A stretch of 62,610 nt of DNA, filler included, from Globobulimina sp. (GCA_003354225.1; 27 parts of 27 records of this genome joined end to end with filler, not necessarily neighbours in it); one strand, 5' to 3'; positions 23,743-37,312 are shown, counted from the first letter of the whole stretch. The notes: a model not told the origin generated them from the sequence alone. Program-made: numbers and translations.

Positions 23743-25173
23743 TCAGTTCGCACTTTGAAGTTTAACACTCGGATTTTGTTCATCAACATCGATATCAGCA
23801 ATCAATATATCATTATTGGCTTCTTCTTGAATTAACGCAGCTCTCTCCATTTCAATTTCCATTTCTAGCTCTTCCATCAAATGTGACCTATATTGATTCC
23901 TTAAAAAAACCCTTTCATTCAATAACAATATCCTCCAAATTGACGCAAACATAAACAAAAAGCCAATAATAATGCCAGCAATATTGATAATGGTCGCAGT
24001 CGGCAATTTCCGTGTAAAATGTTGCTGTATATTAACAATAACAGTATACGCAATGGAACCAACCGAGGGTATAATTAGCAAGACCCACAAATTAGATTTT
24101 TCATATTGAAAATCCGTCAAATCAGATATCATATCTCTCCGAGCCAAATTAAACTGCGTTAATGGTATTTCCCCATTCAAATTCACATTTACTTGACCCA
24201 CTGCTTCATTTACGTCCGGTTTTACAGCCTGTAATTCCTCGCCACTCTTCTCGTCCTTCTTATTATTTGACACATTTGTGTCAATATCGTTGCCCACCGC
24301 CTTTTCTTCCTCGTTATCATTCATATTTTGCTGCAGTTGATTTGGCAAAGCCAGTGCATGCCAGACCTGCGCAGAGGACCTGACTTTGATGGATATTTTC
24401 CTGTATCTATAAATTAACAAATATGAGCTCATCAGCATTGTAGGACACCATGAGATGAGCATCATATACAAATATCCAGACGCCACGATCTTATATAATA
24501 ATGTGAATATAATGGACAGATACACTAAAATGCGCTCGATTTTGGTAGGCATAAAGTCCTCGACATCATACATTTTATCCAGCATAAAGTATGAGATAAT
24601 TAGTATTCCCGTGGAGGTAAATAATAAGATGGTGACAGAGGTGATGTCGGGTATAGTGGACAGCGAAGGCGGCTCTCCAATGCCATGCATCCACCATACA
24701 CTCCACGATGCGATCATTAAGCCGCTGATGCAGCAAATCAACACAAATAACCATATTTTATGCGCAGAATGCAATAACGTGCGAATTAGCCATAAGCCAA
24801 TGAATACGCTGATGAGTGAATACCAACATAGGCCGCGCCAGGAAACTGAGACTGGCAAAGTGTCATAAAATGTGGTCTGGAAACAACCCGTCAATATCCA
24901 TCCGGACATTGAGGCGGCTAAAAATAAACCATATATGTCACGTACGTAACAAGTTGAACATAAGTCTAACAATGTAAATGCACAGATAACATGAGCCAAA
25001 TATAAACATAAGATCTCGAACCAGTCACCGTAACTGTGTCGATCCAACTCTTCGAATGAGGTATAATACCATAAATCACACCATACCATTGTTATAAAGG
25101 CTGTCGCACAGACTCCGATCCATCTGTTCTTAAATGATGATGCTTCAGACGAGTTGCGAAGTTGAGGGAACAT
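23743..25173 (-). CDS. Intronless multi-pass membrane protein (476 aa)
   Basis: About 10 hydrophobic segments, an acidic loop and an acidic tail. Confidence 0.8.
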   Translation of the reverse strand: MFPQLRNSSEASSFKNRWIGVCATAFITMVWCDLWYYTSFEELDRHSYGDWFEILCLYLAHVICAFTLLDLCSTCYVRDIYGLFLAASMSGWILTGCFQTTFYDTLPVSVSWRGLCWYSLISVFIGLWLIRTLLHSAHKIWLFVLICCISGLMIASWSVWWMHGIGEPPSLSTIPDITSVTILLFTSTGILIISYFMLDKMYDVEDFMPTKIERILVYLSIIFTLLYKIVASGYLYMMLISWCPTMLMSSYLLIYRYRKISIKVRSSAQVWHALALPNQLQQNMNDNEEEKAVGNDIDTNVSNNKKDEKSGEELQAVKPDVNEAVGQVNVNLNGEIPLTQFNLARRDMISDLTDFQYEKSNLWVLLIIPSVGSIAYTVIVNIQQHFTRKLPTATIINIAGIIIGFLFMFASIWRILLLNERVFLRNQYRSHLMEELEMEIEMERAALIQEEANNDILIADIDVDEQNPSVKLQSAN

Positions 25174-26726
25174 TACAACGAGTTAAGGCCGAAGCAGCAA
25201 GTTTTTCACACAATAATTGTTTTGTAACCATGGACAGTGGCCAGCCTGTAATAAGTGCGACTGCGAGCCATCTGACACTAAAAGAGGAACAACACGCAGC
25301 AATAAGCAATGATATTTTGGACCTGTCATTCGAAATACTGGATGAAATATTTTTATTTTCAAATCAACGATATGATAACAAATAAATCACATTTGATACA
25401 ACAATTAATATATAATTCATGCGCGTGCCCGTGCACAGAAAATTATAAGTTATGTNNNNNNNNNNNNNNNNNNNNNNNNNNNNNNNNNNNNNNNNNNNNT
25501 TAATTAATTAANNNNNNNNNNNNNNNNNNNNNNNNNNNNNNNNNNNNNNNNNNNNGTTTGTAAAGACCATATTAATTGACTTTTACAAAATTATTTCTAG
25601 TAGATAAAGAATATTACAAAATAATGAAAGGTTCTACCTAACTGAATAGGTTTCGGCCCAAAGTCTAGACCTATTCAGAATACTGGCAGCTGGGCCTCGT
25701 CAGTAGACGACTGTCAGCATGGAAGCTCATAATTTGACAAAAATAGGGGTTAAAAAAAATATTTTTGACAAAATGCATCTATTCTACCCTTAGTAAAAAA
25801 TATATTAAATTATAACATTTTATAAAGCTTTTTATAAAAAACAAGCTTTATGTTAAAAAACTCTTATTTATAATTGGCTAAATATAGCCTGGAAACGCGA
25901 CATTTATTATGAAAATTGTAAATAAATATACAAAATGAGCAATTTATTTTTACTTGTATTGTTGATGTGTTCAGATCGTTTGGTTCTCCTTCAGTTCGGT
26001 TTCGTTTGTTGCCTCCCGTCTGTCCTGTCGGTCCTGGAGCCATCCTGACAGCCGTAAACTAGAACAATTTATAAAATAAAATAATAATAATAATTCTTAA
26101 ACCGCATACTAAGGCGTTGCGGCGTTGCGCCTTTACATATCTACCGTAGTTTAAATTGGAATACCATAATTCAAATGATGTTCATGAACAATATTTTAAT
26201 TTCTTTTTGAGACCCATTTAGTTGATTAGGTAAGTGAAAATGCATTTTTTTGTTTATTACTATAACAATTTAGTCTTGTCTATTTCATTTTATTCGAAAA
26301 ACGACAAATTGGTAAATATATAAAATAACTTAAAAATATAGAAACAACGTACTAAATAATAATTTAAATGTGAAAAGGAAATAAGAAATAGAAATTAGAA
26401 GTGTCGCGTTTAATTAAGTCTGAGAGTGGTCAAAAGTCATGAGTAATTCTGGCTCACTTCCCTTTGTAAAAAAGTTGATGTTAAAGGGTTACACACTGCC
26501 ACTGTAATATGAAAACCTGTACACTCACACCGGGGCTTCTGTTAACATAAATACTGTAATCTGATACCATACAGGTGGTATAACAGTCAGTCCGGATGTT
26601 AGACATTTTTATTTACCATATTCAAGGTAAACTGTAGAACAAAACATACCAGGTAGAGGGGAACGTGTTGTTGCAGGCAATTTGATTCCACACTAAACAA
26701 ACAATAAACTTATTGTAAAATTATTT

Positions 26727-27225
26727 TCAAATTCCGTTATTACTTACATCGACATCTGGGAAACATACACGGCTCATCTCTATGAATTTCTCTGCATTCC
26801 CAGGTTGGTCCATACAGTTGATCGTGTATTTACTACCAGAACCATCATGTATGTTATTTCCGTGCCTTCTTGCATCATAACCATCACGAAAACTACTGCC
26901 ACATTTGGAGCACGCGAAGCTATTTAAATTTACGTCAATATGTTTCCATATGTGACGTTTACTTTTTCTCCAACCATCTGGACCATCTCCAATAAACGAA
27001 CAATTTGGGAACTGGCATCGATAATCCTGGAAAAAAATAAACATAAGCATCTGCCCACTTTTATCATACTGATGAATTAGTGCTGTGTGGTGCATTTCTA
27101 TAGTACTAGTAGGTCCAGTATTTCTATAAAGCAGTAGTAAGCGAGAATTCGTGACATACATTCCCATCATTCTTCTTTGTTTTCTTTGAGCGTTTCCTTT
27201 CAAGTTCCGCTCCTTTTGTTTCAAG
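26727..27225 (-). CDS. C2H2 zinc-finger protein, last two exons (27225-27160, 27026-26727); probably from a different eukaryote
   Basis: CQFPNC...HIWKH and CSKC...HGNNIH. Acceptors are tttcag and ttccag, the donor is gtatgt, and the intron is 133 nt. Confidence 0.7.
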
Positions 27226-27878
27226 CTGAAATGAAACAAACATAAATGCAATTAATTAAGGTTATATAATTTATAATAATTTTGGCCAAATTCAGCTTCC
27301 CGAATCACCGATTCCCCGCCAAAAAATTCAAAAATGGACAATTTTTCCTACCTTAGCATCAAGGGGGGTTCCAGTGGTGCTCGGGGGGCCTCTACCCCCC
27401 ATACCCCCTACCACACCTATGTCCTGGCTGGAGTGATATGGTAATTGCTATAAAAAGTTCAGTATTGATCAGATTTTGCTGAAATTTGTTTTGGGGCACT
27501 CGACACATTGCCGAACACAACGCACATGCCTTTTTTTGGTGCGGCAATTCCGGAACCGTCAGTCGATTCGCATAGCACCACAATGAGGGACTACGGACGG
27601 GAGTCGTTATAAAACATTCAATATACAGGGTGGGGCATTTATCTTTTTTATTACAAATTACAAAATTCCATAACTTGTGCTTCAAGCTTTTTGTCGGAAA
27701 ATTTTAGCCCAGTCGGACTTCGATCGCGTCTCAGAGGGGGAAGGTTCGGTTCACCCCCCCCCCCCCCCCTTTTTTCGANNNNNNNNNNNNNNNNNNNNNN
27801 NNNNNNNNNNNNNNNNNNNNNNTTAATTAATTAANNNNNNNNNNNNNNNNNNNNNNNNNNNNNNNNNNNNNNNNNNNN

Positions 27879-30101
27879 AATTGGAAATCAAATTTTGAAT
27901 ATATTTTATAATCAAAAGTCAATGAATGTCATTCCAAGTGATGAATTTTATAAAATATTTCAACAATTATATGGTTATCAACTTCCATTAACAGCAAAAC
28001 AATTTTATTTTTATTTATATCACAAGTTTTATGCATTTATTACATTGAAACCATTTGATATTCAAACTGAACGTTTCATGATTATAAATAATAGAAATAA
28101 TTATGAAAATATTGAGATATTAAATACAAAACAAGTTAAACATGATTTGATTGATGAAATTGATAATATATTGAATTCAAATGAAAACATTGATGGGATT
28201 GAATTCCATTCATTTTGGAAACAGTTGCAAGAAAATACAAAGAAATTGATATATATTGATTTAAATTATGATAATCAATCAACTGAAGAGATATCAGTGT
28301 CGCAGAGTATTTTTGATGAAATGAAACAATTTACATATTATTCGAGGCAATTAATGGAAATATGGAAAGATTCGTCATTATGGAACGCCTTTGTCAGTGA
28401 TAACAATGACGATATCCAAGTATTTGTAAAAAAAAGAGAAAACATAGCATTGATTCCGATGGTTCCTATGGTTACACCTTCCAATAATGCTGACACGTTT
28501 TATGAAAGAGATGATTGGAAAGAGTTACAGACAGATTATGGTGCGATTATCTTTGGTATCAACGAGAATATAAATGAGAATAAATTACGAAGCCATTTAC
28601 ATTCTCACTTAAGCAAAAAAGTAAAAGAAAAAACTTCACATTTTCCAGCTGGCCATGGCATGCGTGCTAAAAAGGTATTAATTAAATATATTGATATAAA
28701 CCATAATAAACACTTTGCATTTGTGTATTTTGGAAATGAAATGTCATTGAAACTGGCACTGAAAAATCCGTTTTTTTTGATTGAAAATAATAAACTTGAG
28801 TTAAAACAAAAAACACCCAAAAAAACGAGAATATCATATAATGATAATTATGGGGTACAAATTTTTGGTATAACGGATAGAATTAATAATAATGTATTAA
28901 AATCACACTTAAATTACCACCTAAATCAACAAAAACAAACGCATTGTGATTTTCGAGAGAATAAAATAGATTCGATATCAGTTGAATATATCCATATAAA
29001 TTCTGTTAAACAATTCGGATTTATATATTTTGGCAATGAAATGTCATTTAAATTGGCTTTATCTGTGCCTCAGTTTTCAATTGGAAATGACACCTTATAT
29101 TTAAAACAAATACAAAAAGAAACAAATGAAATTATTGCAAACCAATCACAATTATTGTTACAAGAATATTTATTAAATAAAACAGCAGACAATATTTCAA
29201 TGAATCAATTATATGAAAGTATTAAATATATAAAAGAAAGAATGTCAATTGACACATTTCGCATGTTTCTAATGGATAAATGTCATTCTTTTTTGCGATT
29301 AAAACCGCCGACCAAACAATCAAAACAAGACAAAATGAATAAATGGAGAGTTGTCAATAATTTCTCGATTCCCATCCATCCGCATTTAAGTGACAATGAA
29401 CTGAGAATCCTTTCATTTAACGAGAAATTGCTGCATACCATATCTTTATATCCCGTGCATGGCCTCCGATTGCATGAAATTATTACTTTTGTTGAGAATG
29501 AAACAGGTAAAAAATATCCAGCAGATTTAAACTTGAGTCAACATTTAGAAAATGTGATAAAATTAAAATTATTAAATATAATAAAAACACCGAAATCAAA
29601 TATTGGCAATAATGTATTCACGGTTCCTTCCCCAGTTCGCGACGGATTATTTTTAAAACGATTATTGTCATTTTATCCGCAAGGTTTACCATTCGTGGAA
29701 TTAGAAAATAAATGGATCGAATTTGAATATAATGAACGAATAAAAAGAAAGAAAGAATTAAAAGCAAAAAATCTACTAAAACCGCCACGAATTGTATGCA
29801 ATTTGGATGAGTTAGTTACATTTTATTATAATTATGCCCGTTTTAGATATATTGGCGATGAACATGCGGATGATTTCGATGTAAATAAAGTCATTTTATT
29901 CCCTAAATTTGAGCCCGATCGCGTGAATGCAATAAAACATTTAAATCGCAAGGGACAACTCTATGGGTTTAATATTATGCAATTTGAGGATAAATTAGAT
30001 TTTGTATTAGATAAATTTTCCTCTGCGGATGGAATAAATATTTGTGAATTTTTAGATGAGTATGAATTAATTATTGGTAGCCAGCCAGGAAGAAATACAC
30101 C
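27879..30101 (+). CDS. Large RNA-binding protein fragment: two divergent RRMs plus several LOTUS/OST-HTH-like units
   Basis: Internal duplication YG..IFGI...IN.N.L+SHL..HL...YI.IN..K.F.F+YFGNEMS.KLAL (RNP2 and RNP1). Repeated G(I/L)x(L/F)xx(F/L/I)...G helical units, e.g. LLSFYPQGLPFVELENKW and DGINICEFLDEYELIIG. Confidence 0.65.
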
Positions 30102-30201
30102 NNNNNNNNNNNNNNNNNNNNNNNNNNNNNNNNNNNNNNNNNNNNTTAATTAATTAANNNNNNNNNNNNNNNNNNNNNNNNNNNNNNNNNNNNNNNNNNN
30201 N

Positions 30202-30933
30202 TCTTTTCTTTCTTTTGCCAACATAATATTTAACATCCCAATATGAATCAGGGTTTCCTCCAAAATTCGCAGCATCAAAAGCAATCCGATCATATCCTTC
30301 ATCGCCTTCTGTTGCTCCCCACGAATTTTTATAAACCCAATACTTGCAGGTTTTGTTTAATACATTATCAAATGCTTCATCATGAGCTACGAGAAGCACA
30401 GCATGTCCAGTTTTTTTATTATCACCTTTTTTATTATCACCACTTCCTCCCTCTAAACTCCATTTTGTCATTACATATTCTTTGAAAACAATATTTTTAT
30501 TTCACACAACACTCACACAACAAAGTACAGTGTTTACTGAACTTCGTGGATATTTTGAGTAAAAATTGAAATATTGGTTCCATTGACGCGATGTTAAATA
30601 AAATCCAGCAATGACCGCACGTCCTTCGTCAATTGCTGCCATTGCTCCATATCTACCAACCTTTACAACGTCTAAATCATAATCATCGGCTAACCATTTT
30701 AATGCATTTTTTGCCAATCGTCCATTATTACAGCCAAATTTGTTTGTTATTCTCCTAACAACATCGCAATGCTTAGGTACATCTGCTACATATTTCTCAG
30801 CTCTTCGTTTGCATGCTTCCACGACTATATTTGCAGCTGCATGAGCATAGCATGTCCCACCGTTTTGTATTGATATAGCTTTGCAACGATTTATTGCTGG
30901 CTTTTCATATTTATGCGCTTCAATTGGTGGCAT
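30202..30933 (-). CDS. Papain-like (C1) cysteine peptidase, 3' incomplete; intron 30542-30480
   Basis: QNGGTCYAHA (oxyanion Gln and catalytic Cys), GHAVLLV (His), YWVYKNSWG (Asn). Confidence 0.9.
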
Positions 30934-31013
30934 TGTTAAAGCAATTTAGTTTGAATTAAGGTTTTCAACTTCTGGAAAACATTAACCGTTAAATATATCA
31001 AAGAAAGAGCATC

Positions 31014-32411
31014 ATGTCGCTGGCCTCAGAGATAGATCGACAATGTTTAACGTTTGGATACATCCGGCAATGTACAAAACAATCCAACATTACTTTGCCA
31101 TGTGCCCTACCAACAGAACTGTATCAATTAATATACACTTTTTATGGCAAATCATATATTATTTACGGTGTTGGTAGAAACCAGTGTGGCGAATTTGGTC
31201 TCGGTAATTGCCTCAAAGCAAGAAAGTATGAGCAATTGCCACAATTTTCATTATTATGTGAGTCTCCACAATGTATATACCCACAATTCAAAAAATTCTA
31301 CATTCAAACTGAAGCAAATAAAATATACTATGCTGGCCTTGATACCATTGGCAATGAGTTTATTTCTCAATTTAAGCAATTAAAATTGTTCAAAAAGCAA
31401 ACAAATGCACACAAAAACAAGATATTATTGATAAGTGATGGATTGCAGGCAAATCACACATTTTTTGTGATACAAAACACTGAAAACCGGGAAAATAATA
31501 TGTTTGTGTTTGGTAATAACTATTCAGGACAGTTTGGCATTGGTCATAGAACCAGAAAATATGAGAATATATACATTCATAATTGCACACAATTTATGAA
31601 TACGGTTATTTTCGGATCAATTATTAATATAAAACAAATAAAATGTGGTTCAAATCATTCATTGATTCTGACACGAAATGGATTTCTTTATGGCTTTGGA
31701 AATAATACATTCAGTCAATGTGGATATGAATCGATTGATAATGACAATATTTATTATCCCAAACTAATTCAAATAGAAAATAATATTATAATTACGGATA
31801 TTTGTTGCGGATCCAATCATAATTTGTGCCTTTCCAGCGATTATAAATTATTTGTGTTTGGGAGCAATGAATATGGACAAATTGGACCTAAATGGAATGA
31901 GAATGATTGTGATTCAAATACAATGTTATTGCCGTCAAGAAATCAAATAATTGGAGTAAAACAACACAAATATTTCCAAGATATTAAAATCAAACAAATT
32001 GAATGTGGCTCAGATTATTCGTTGATAGTTGATTTCGATGGACATTGCTGGTTATTTGGGGATAATAGATGTGGACAAATTGGCTGTGGAGGGGATAGGA
32101 TTGATATTGGTGATGGTGTGGATGAACCGTTTTTAATTCAATCCCATGGATGTTTGAAAGATATAAAAATCAAATATGCTTCGTCTGGATATACGCATTC
32201 GGTGCTAATGTCAACAAAGGAGCCACAACAAAATATTTATGTGTTTGGATGTAATTTGCATTGTGAATGTTCTGCTGTGATGAAAAAAAGACGATTTATT
32301 TATAGTCCCTATTTGTTGACGAAAAAGGAAATATTTGGCAATAAGGTGCAATATAAAATAACTCATGTTATCGCAGCAAGGTGTTCGACTTTGATAATTT
32401 GTGAAAAGTAA
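31014..32411 (+). CDS. RCC1/BLIP-II repeat protein with an N-terminal TFGYIR...LPTELYQLIYTFY module
   Basis: Multiple I..I.CG..H.L.L....L+.FG.N..GQ.G repeats in an intact 465-aa ORF. Confidence 0.92.
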   Translation: MSLASEIDRQCLTFGYIRQCTKQSNITLPCALPTELYQLIYTFYGKSYIIYGVGRNQCGEFGLGNCLKARKYEQLPQFSLLCESPQCIYPQFKKFYIQTEANKIYYAGLDTIGNEFISQFKQLKLFKKQTNAHKNKILLISDGLQANHTFFVIQNTENRENNMFVFGNNYSGQFGIGHRTRKYENIYIHNCTQFMNTVIFGSIINIKQIKCGSNHSLILTRNGFLYGFGNNTFSQCGYESIDNDNIYYPKLIQIENNIIITDICCGSNHNLCLSSDYKLFVFGSNEYGQIGPKWNENDCDSNTMLLPSRNQIIGVKQHKYFQDIKIKQIECGSDYSLIVDFDGHCWLFGDNRCGQIGCGGDRIDIGDGVDEPFLIQSHGCLKDIKIKYASSGYTHSVLMSTKEPQQNIYVFGCNLHCECSAVMKKRRFIYSPYLLTKKEIFGNKVQYKITHVIAARCSTLIICEK

Positions 32412-32745
32412 TTTATTCACGACANNNNNNNNNNNNNNNNNNNNNNNNNNNNNNNNNNNNNNNNNNNNTTAATTAATTAANNNNNNNNNNNNNNNNNNNN
32501 NNNNNNNNNNNNNNNNNNNNNNNNTTGTTTTGCTCATGATTCAAGTCAAAAAACAGTTTCTGAAATGAAACTCTGTTTATTGCTTTTTTTTTCGATGTAC
32601 CAAGCCTATGAGGGACTATTATTGAAAGACTTTGTCATTAACTACCGTCTCCAGAAACTGCTTAATTTCCTGGAAACAGTTTTTGAGTAAAATTTTATAC
32701 AGATTTTCTTGTTTTTAATTACTGCACAGTGTTTGTGGTGGAGTT

Positions 32746-34747
32746 ATGAATAATCAACAGATTATGGACAATGAAATCTATAATGCATCGACGCCACCAC
32801 ACCATGCACTTGATGGCAACATTCACCATTCATATTATGCATTTTCTTCTTCAATGTCATCATGTCATCATCAATTACAACAAGGTGCCAACTCCTATCA
32901 TTTTTCCTATTCACACCCGCGTCCACTTCGTCATTCATTTTCATTGCCAAACCATACGTATCCACATTCAATGCCAGTTCCAAAGAAAATGCAAAGTATG
33001 TTGCTTCTTCTTTTCTCAGTTTGCAAATTGACAGTATCAGTTTGCAAAGATCGCCAAACATGAAAAACAAATTATATCTATAAAACAAATTATCATAAAA
33101 AGAAAATGCAAAATTACCACCGCGACAACGCCATAACAGTGCCACAACAAATACAAATACAACAACTAATACGAAAACAAAAACACATGCAACTACAAAC
33201 ACAGACAACCATTCCGCAACACATACAACCACAAATCGCCACTATGAGCCTGACAAAACAGAAAAAAATAAGACACCGCCACCGCCGCCACCACCACGGT
33301 CCACCTCCTCGCAATTACCACATTGCATGAAACAAACACGGAAATCAAACAATACGCGAACTAGTGTGCATTCCCACAAATCGCATGTACGAAAATCAAA
33401 AGCAAAACGTAAAAGCGAAGCGGATAAATTGCATCCAATTGAAATCGAATATGAATATGACACTGACGAGAACAACGAAGGTGGTCTTACCCACGACAGT
33501 CAGCATTATCACGTTATACACAAAAATAAGAAAAAGAAGCCAGAAACGCATAATTATAGCACACAGAGAGAGCAACGGAAACGGAAACAGAAACAAATGG
33601 TGATTGTGATTGACAATCCTGAGCAGTGCAACAGTGATAATCCAATAAATCAATATAAAAATAGCGATACGGATACTTTGCCGCAGGACTTATTGCTTGA
33701 AAATATGATTCAAATCCAGCAAGAAATGTTTTCTCATTTTGAAAAAATACACGACGGCAATGCGACCAATCCGTACCATACAATGGAGAGTGTAAAGAAC
33801 GCAAAGGATGCAAATAAAGAGCAGAAACACGAGAGCATGGATATGATGAGCAAGATGCACAGTCTAATCAGTCCGCGCTCGGACGACACCTGCAGCGTTT
33901 CCATGTGCTTAAACACTCCAAATCATACTCTCTATAATAAATCCATCATATCCAGTGTCCACGCATTGAGTGCGTGCGATGTGAGCGAACATGACCGGAT
34001 GGCGTCATTCGCATCGTCTATGAACCACCATTTAGAGCACTATCATGAAGAGGAACAGTTAGAGTTAGAGCTGGAATTAGATTTAGATCCTATTGTCGAA
34101 GAGAAGCATAATTATAATAAAAGCATTGCGATATCGGAGATGTCGCGTTATACGCACGAGAACAGTGAGAGTGAGGTCAATTTGCATGTAGATAATATAG
34201 ATTTTACTATGATCAGTCCGCGAGTGGTGATGCGCAAGAAACAGATTGAACGCAATCGAATGCAGTATAAACATATCAAAAGTCGATCAAAGTCGTTGTC
34301 AGATATTGGGGATGAGATCGGTGTGTCGGTGGCGGTGCCGGTTCGCAATGACAGTGTCATATTTCACCGTGCAAATACTTATAGCAATCATGGACCGTCG
34401 GGTTCGAGGCGAGAGAGGAGACATAAACGGAAACATAAGTATGAAAATACAGAAATACGGAGGATAAAATCGGCAGATTATCATAAGAAACGGAGGCGGA
34501 AAAGCAGCAAACATAAGGAAAGGGAGCAGGGAAAGCATAAGAAACATAGACGAACATCGGTGAAAATATCGGAATTGAAATATAGCCAAACTTCTCCCAT
34601 AAATACATTCGCTTTTGATGTTGAATTTAATTTGAAAGAATTATATAAAAAGAAGAAAAAAGAAAAGAGAGAGAAAAAGAAAAAGGAGAAGAAAAGCAGA
34701 AAAAAAGAAAAATCCGCACGAAGAAAGGAAAAAAAACACAAGAGACA
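32746..34747 (+). CDS. Low-complexity H/T/K-rich hypothetical protein, 3' incomplete; probable intron near 32996-33040
   Basis: Long open frame (the 33327 frame extends upstream through a T-rich and poly-P tract). No domain recognised. Confidence 0.55.
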
Positions 34748-34847
34748 NNNNNNNNNNNNNNNNNNNNNNNNNNNNNNNNNNNNNNNNNNNNTTAATTAAT
34801 TAANNNNNNNNNNNNNNNNNNNNNNNNNNNNNNNNNNNNNNNNNNNN

Positions 34848-34955
34848 TGTAACATGCCATTTAAATAAATCATCACCAACAAGACCTACATGAATTCCAT
34901 CAGGTGGGTTTTGTTGTATATATTTGAATTCGTGTGCTAGTCTACGTGCTGCCAT
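34848..34955 (-). CDS. Ubiquitin-conjugating enzyme E2, N-terminus only
   Basis: MAARRLAHEFKYIQQNPPDGIHVGLVGDDLFKWHVT matches UBC helix 1 and the first strands. Confidence 0.88.
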
Positions 34956-35182
34956 TGCCAGTAAATGTTGTTTTAATTTTAGGTAACATATTCCATGCAA
35001 AAGAGCATCCTATTTCCAGCGTCGGAAGCAAACAGTTCTGATGATTGACAAAGGTAAACATTATATAGGTTTGCTTTCGTTTCTGAGAAACAATAATAAT
35101 CTGTAAAATATATGAATTTCATTTTAGATATTGAAGTTTTCACGGAGTAAGTTCATATCATTCGCTACTCTTTCGGTTACGA

Positions 35183-37070
35183 ATGAATTTTCGAACATTA
35201 TTCTCGTCAAATACACCATTAAGAAACAGCAGCAGTGACACAACCAATTACCAATCAACACAAATAAGCAACGCATATAACAACAGCACCAACAATCAAT
35301 CAAATCGACCAAAAACGTCTATAAATTCATCAACATTCAGCACCCCAAACCTGCTCCAACTCCATTCACCATCACATCACAACACTGACCAACAGCTAAA
35401 CACCACCCACAATAATCCATACGCATCACATACAATACACCATCAACCACACAACCAACAACTATTAAACACAGCAGACCCACTCAAAAATCCCACCAAC
35501 CGCATGAATAAAAATGCATTCATGCCACCAAACATGTCCTTACCTGAAACATTGCACTATTCATCTTCTGCTCCACCCATCAAACTATTCAAACGCAGAA
35601 ACTCTTCTGACAACAGAAGCGAATACAACACCTCCTTTGCTATTATAAACGGCGTGGTCGGCGCAGTCAGTCCAGCTGCGGGCTTTGAGGAAGAGGAGGA
35701 AGAGGAAGAGCTGTCGTTTTTGGACAATGATATCATACAACAAACAAACAGAGAGCCTTCATCATCTGCTTCAAAATCAATCTATACCAACACGCCGAGC
35801 ATTATTCCATTGATGGCTGCCTTTCGAGGCATATCTTCTTTGAGCAATATCATTGTCAAGCCATGCTCTCAAAGTTTTGTATTTGTACAATCTGTTTTGC
35901 ACATTTTCTGGCATATATTTGTGTGTGTTGATGAGCAGAATTTGATATTGGAGTTCTTACATTGACGCTGTCGCATGTTTTGAACTATTTAATATTGAAA
36001 TTATTTTATCCATTTGCTGGCTTTATTTACCCCATTCTGGGCGTTACATATTTTGAATATGTTTTGTTTATCTCCTTATCAAATGTATTGACTTTGGCGC
36101 TGTTTATAATACAACCGATGTTTGAATATTTCCCCACAAATTATGTGCTGTTTTTGTTACAGTTCGTGATAATTCTGTCGCAAATATTGTTTGTAGTATT
36201 TTCAAATTATTCTATTATTGTTTTGACGATTTGTAGAATGGTGTTTATATTTTGCTTGAATAGCATTTGGATACAAACAAATGGAGCAATTCGATCATTT
36301 ACAATCAATAATATTGTTGTCAATTCACGAAGGAATTTGTTATTGCATTCTTCGTGGACGTTCAGTACATTTTTGCTGTGTTTGTTGGGATATATTTGGT
36401 CGGAATTAGATTTTATGAATATATCATTGCAATATTTTAATGGTATGGCAAGTAACGCGTTGATGTCATTTGATATTCTGTTATTTTTCCTGGTAGCACC
36501 GACATTTATTTTCAGTTTGTTGTATTTGATATTAATTCCTTCCAAAACATTAAGGTATAACACAGTGAAAATGTTGCTAAATATTGCTTTTTTTGGCTAC
36601 AAACATAATATTTCAACGACAGCTCATATAAAAACGATATTTTTCTATGAGCAAAAATGAGCAATTCATTTGGCAATGATTTTTATGTTATACATAGAAT
36701 AAAATATTATGATGAAAGTACAGTAGCTGTCATAAAGAGGACATGGTCGTTTATAATGAATGATATTAACCATATTCTAAAAATAAAATATGTCAATTTA
36801 CTGATTTTTGTCAATATTTTAGGTGCAATTAATTCAATGATGATACTCTTTATTTTTGGTATTTGGATACAAAAATTGTTGAATTTGGATATTTTAAATG
36901 TGGCAAAGTACACATTGATCCAAGCCATTTCGGAATTATTTGTAATGATTGTAAATTTGAATAAGTTTAAAGTTTTAAACAGAAAAACATTGAGCATCAT
37001 ATCAGTGGTTATATCCATAGTTTTTGTAGTATTGATGTTTGGATCGACATATTTAGCATTGAATGTTTGT
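35183..37070 (+). CDS. Divergent MFS-like transporter with a long disordered N-terminus, 3' incomplete; introns 35874-35938 and 36555-36697
   Basis: GT-AG introns join three ORFs in frame. A block of about six TM segments, a loop, then further TM segments. Confidence 0.6.
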
Positions 37071-37312
37071 NNNNNNNNNNNNNNNNNNNNNNNNNNNNNN
37101 NNNNNNNNNNNNNNTTAATTAATTAANNNNNNNNNNNNNNNNNNNNNNNNNNNNNNNNNNNNNNNNNNNNAGGAGTAAAGGCTGGTTTAGGACTTTAGTA
37201 AAGGTTTTTAAGTGAATAATAACTCAAGGTTTAAATAGGAAACAATAAGAAGAAGGAGTCAATAAGGTAAAGTATAACATCTCTACAATTTCCTGTTACC
37301 ATATTAACACAT

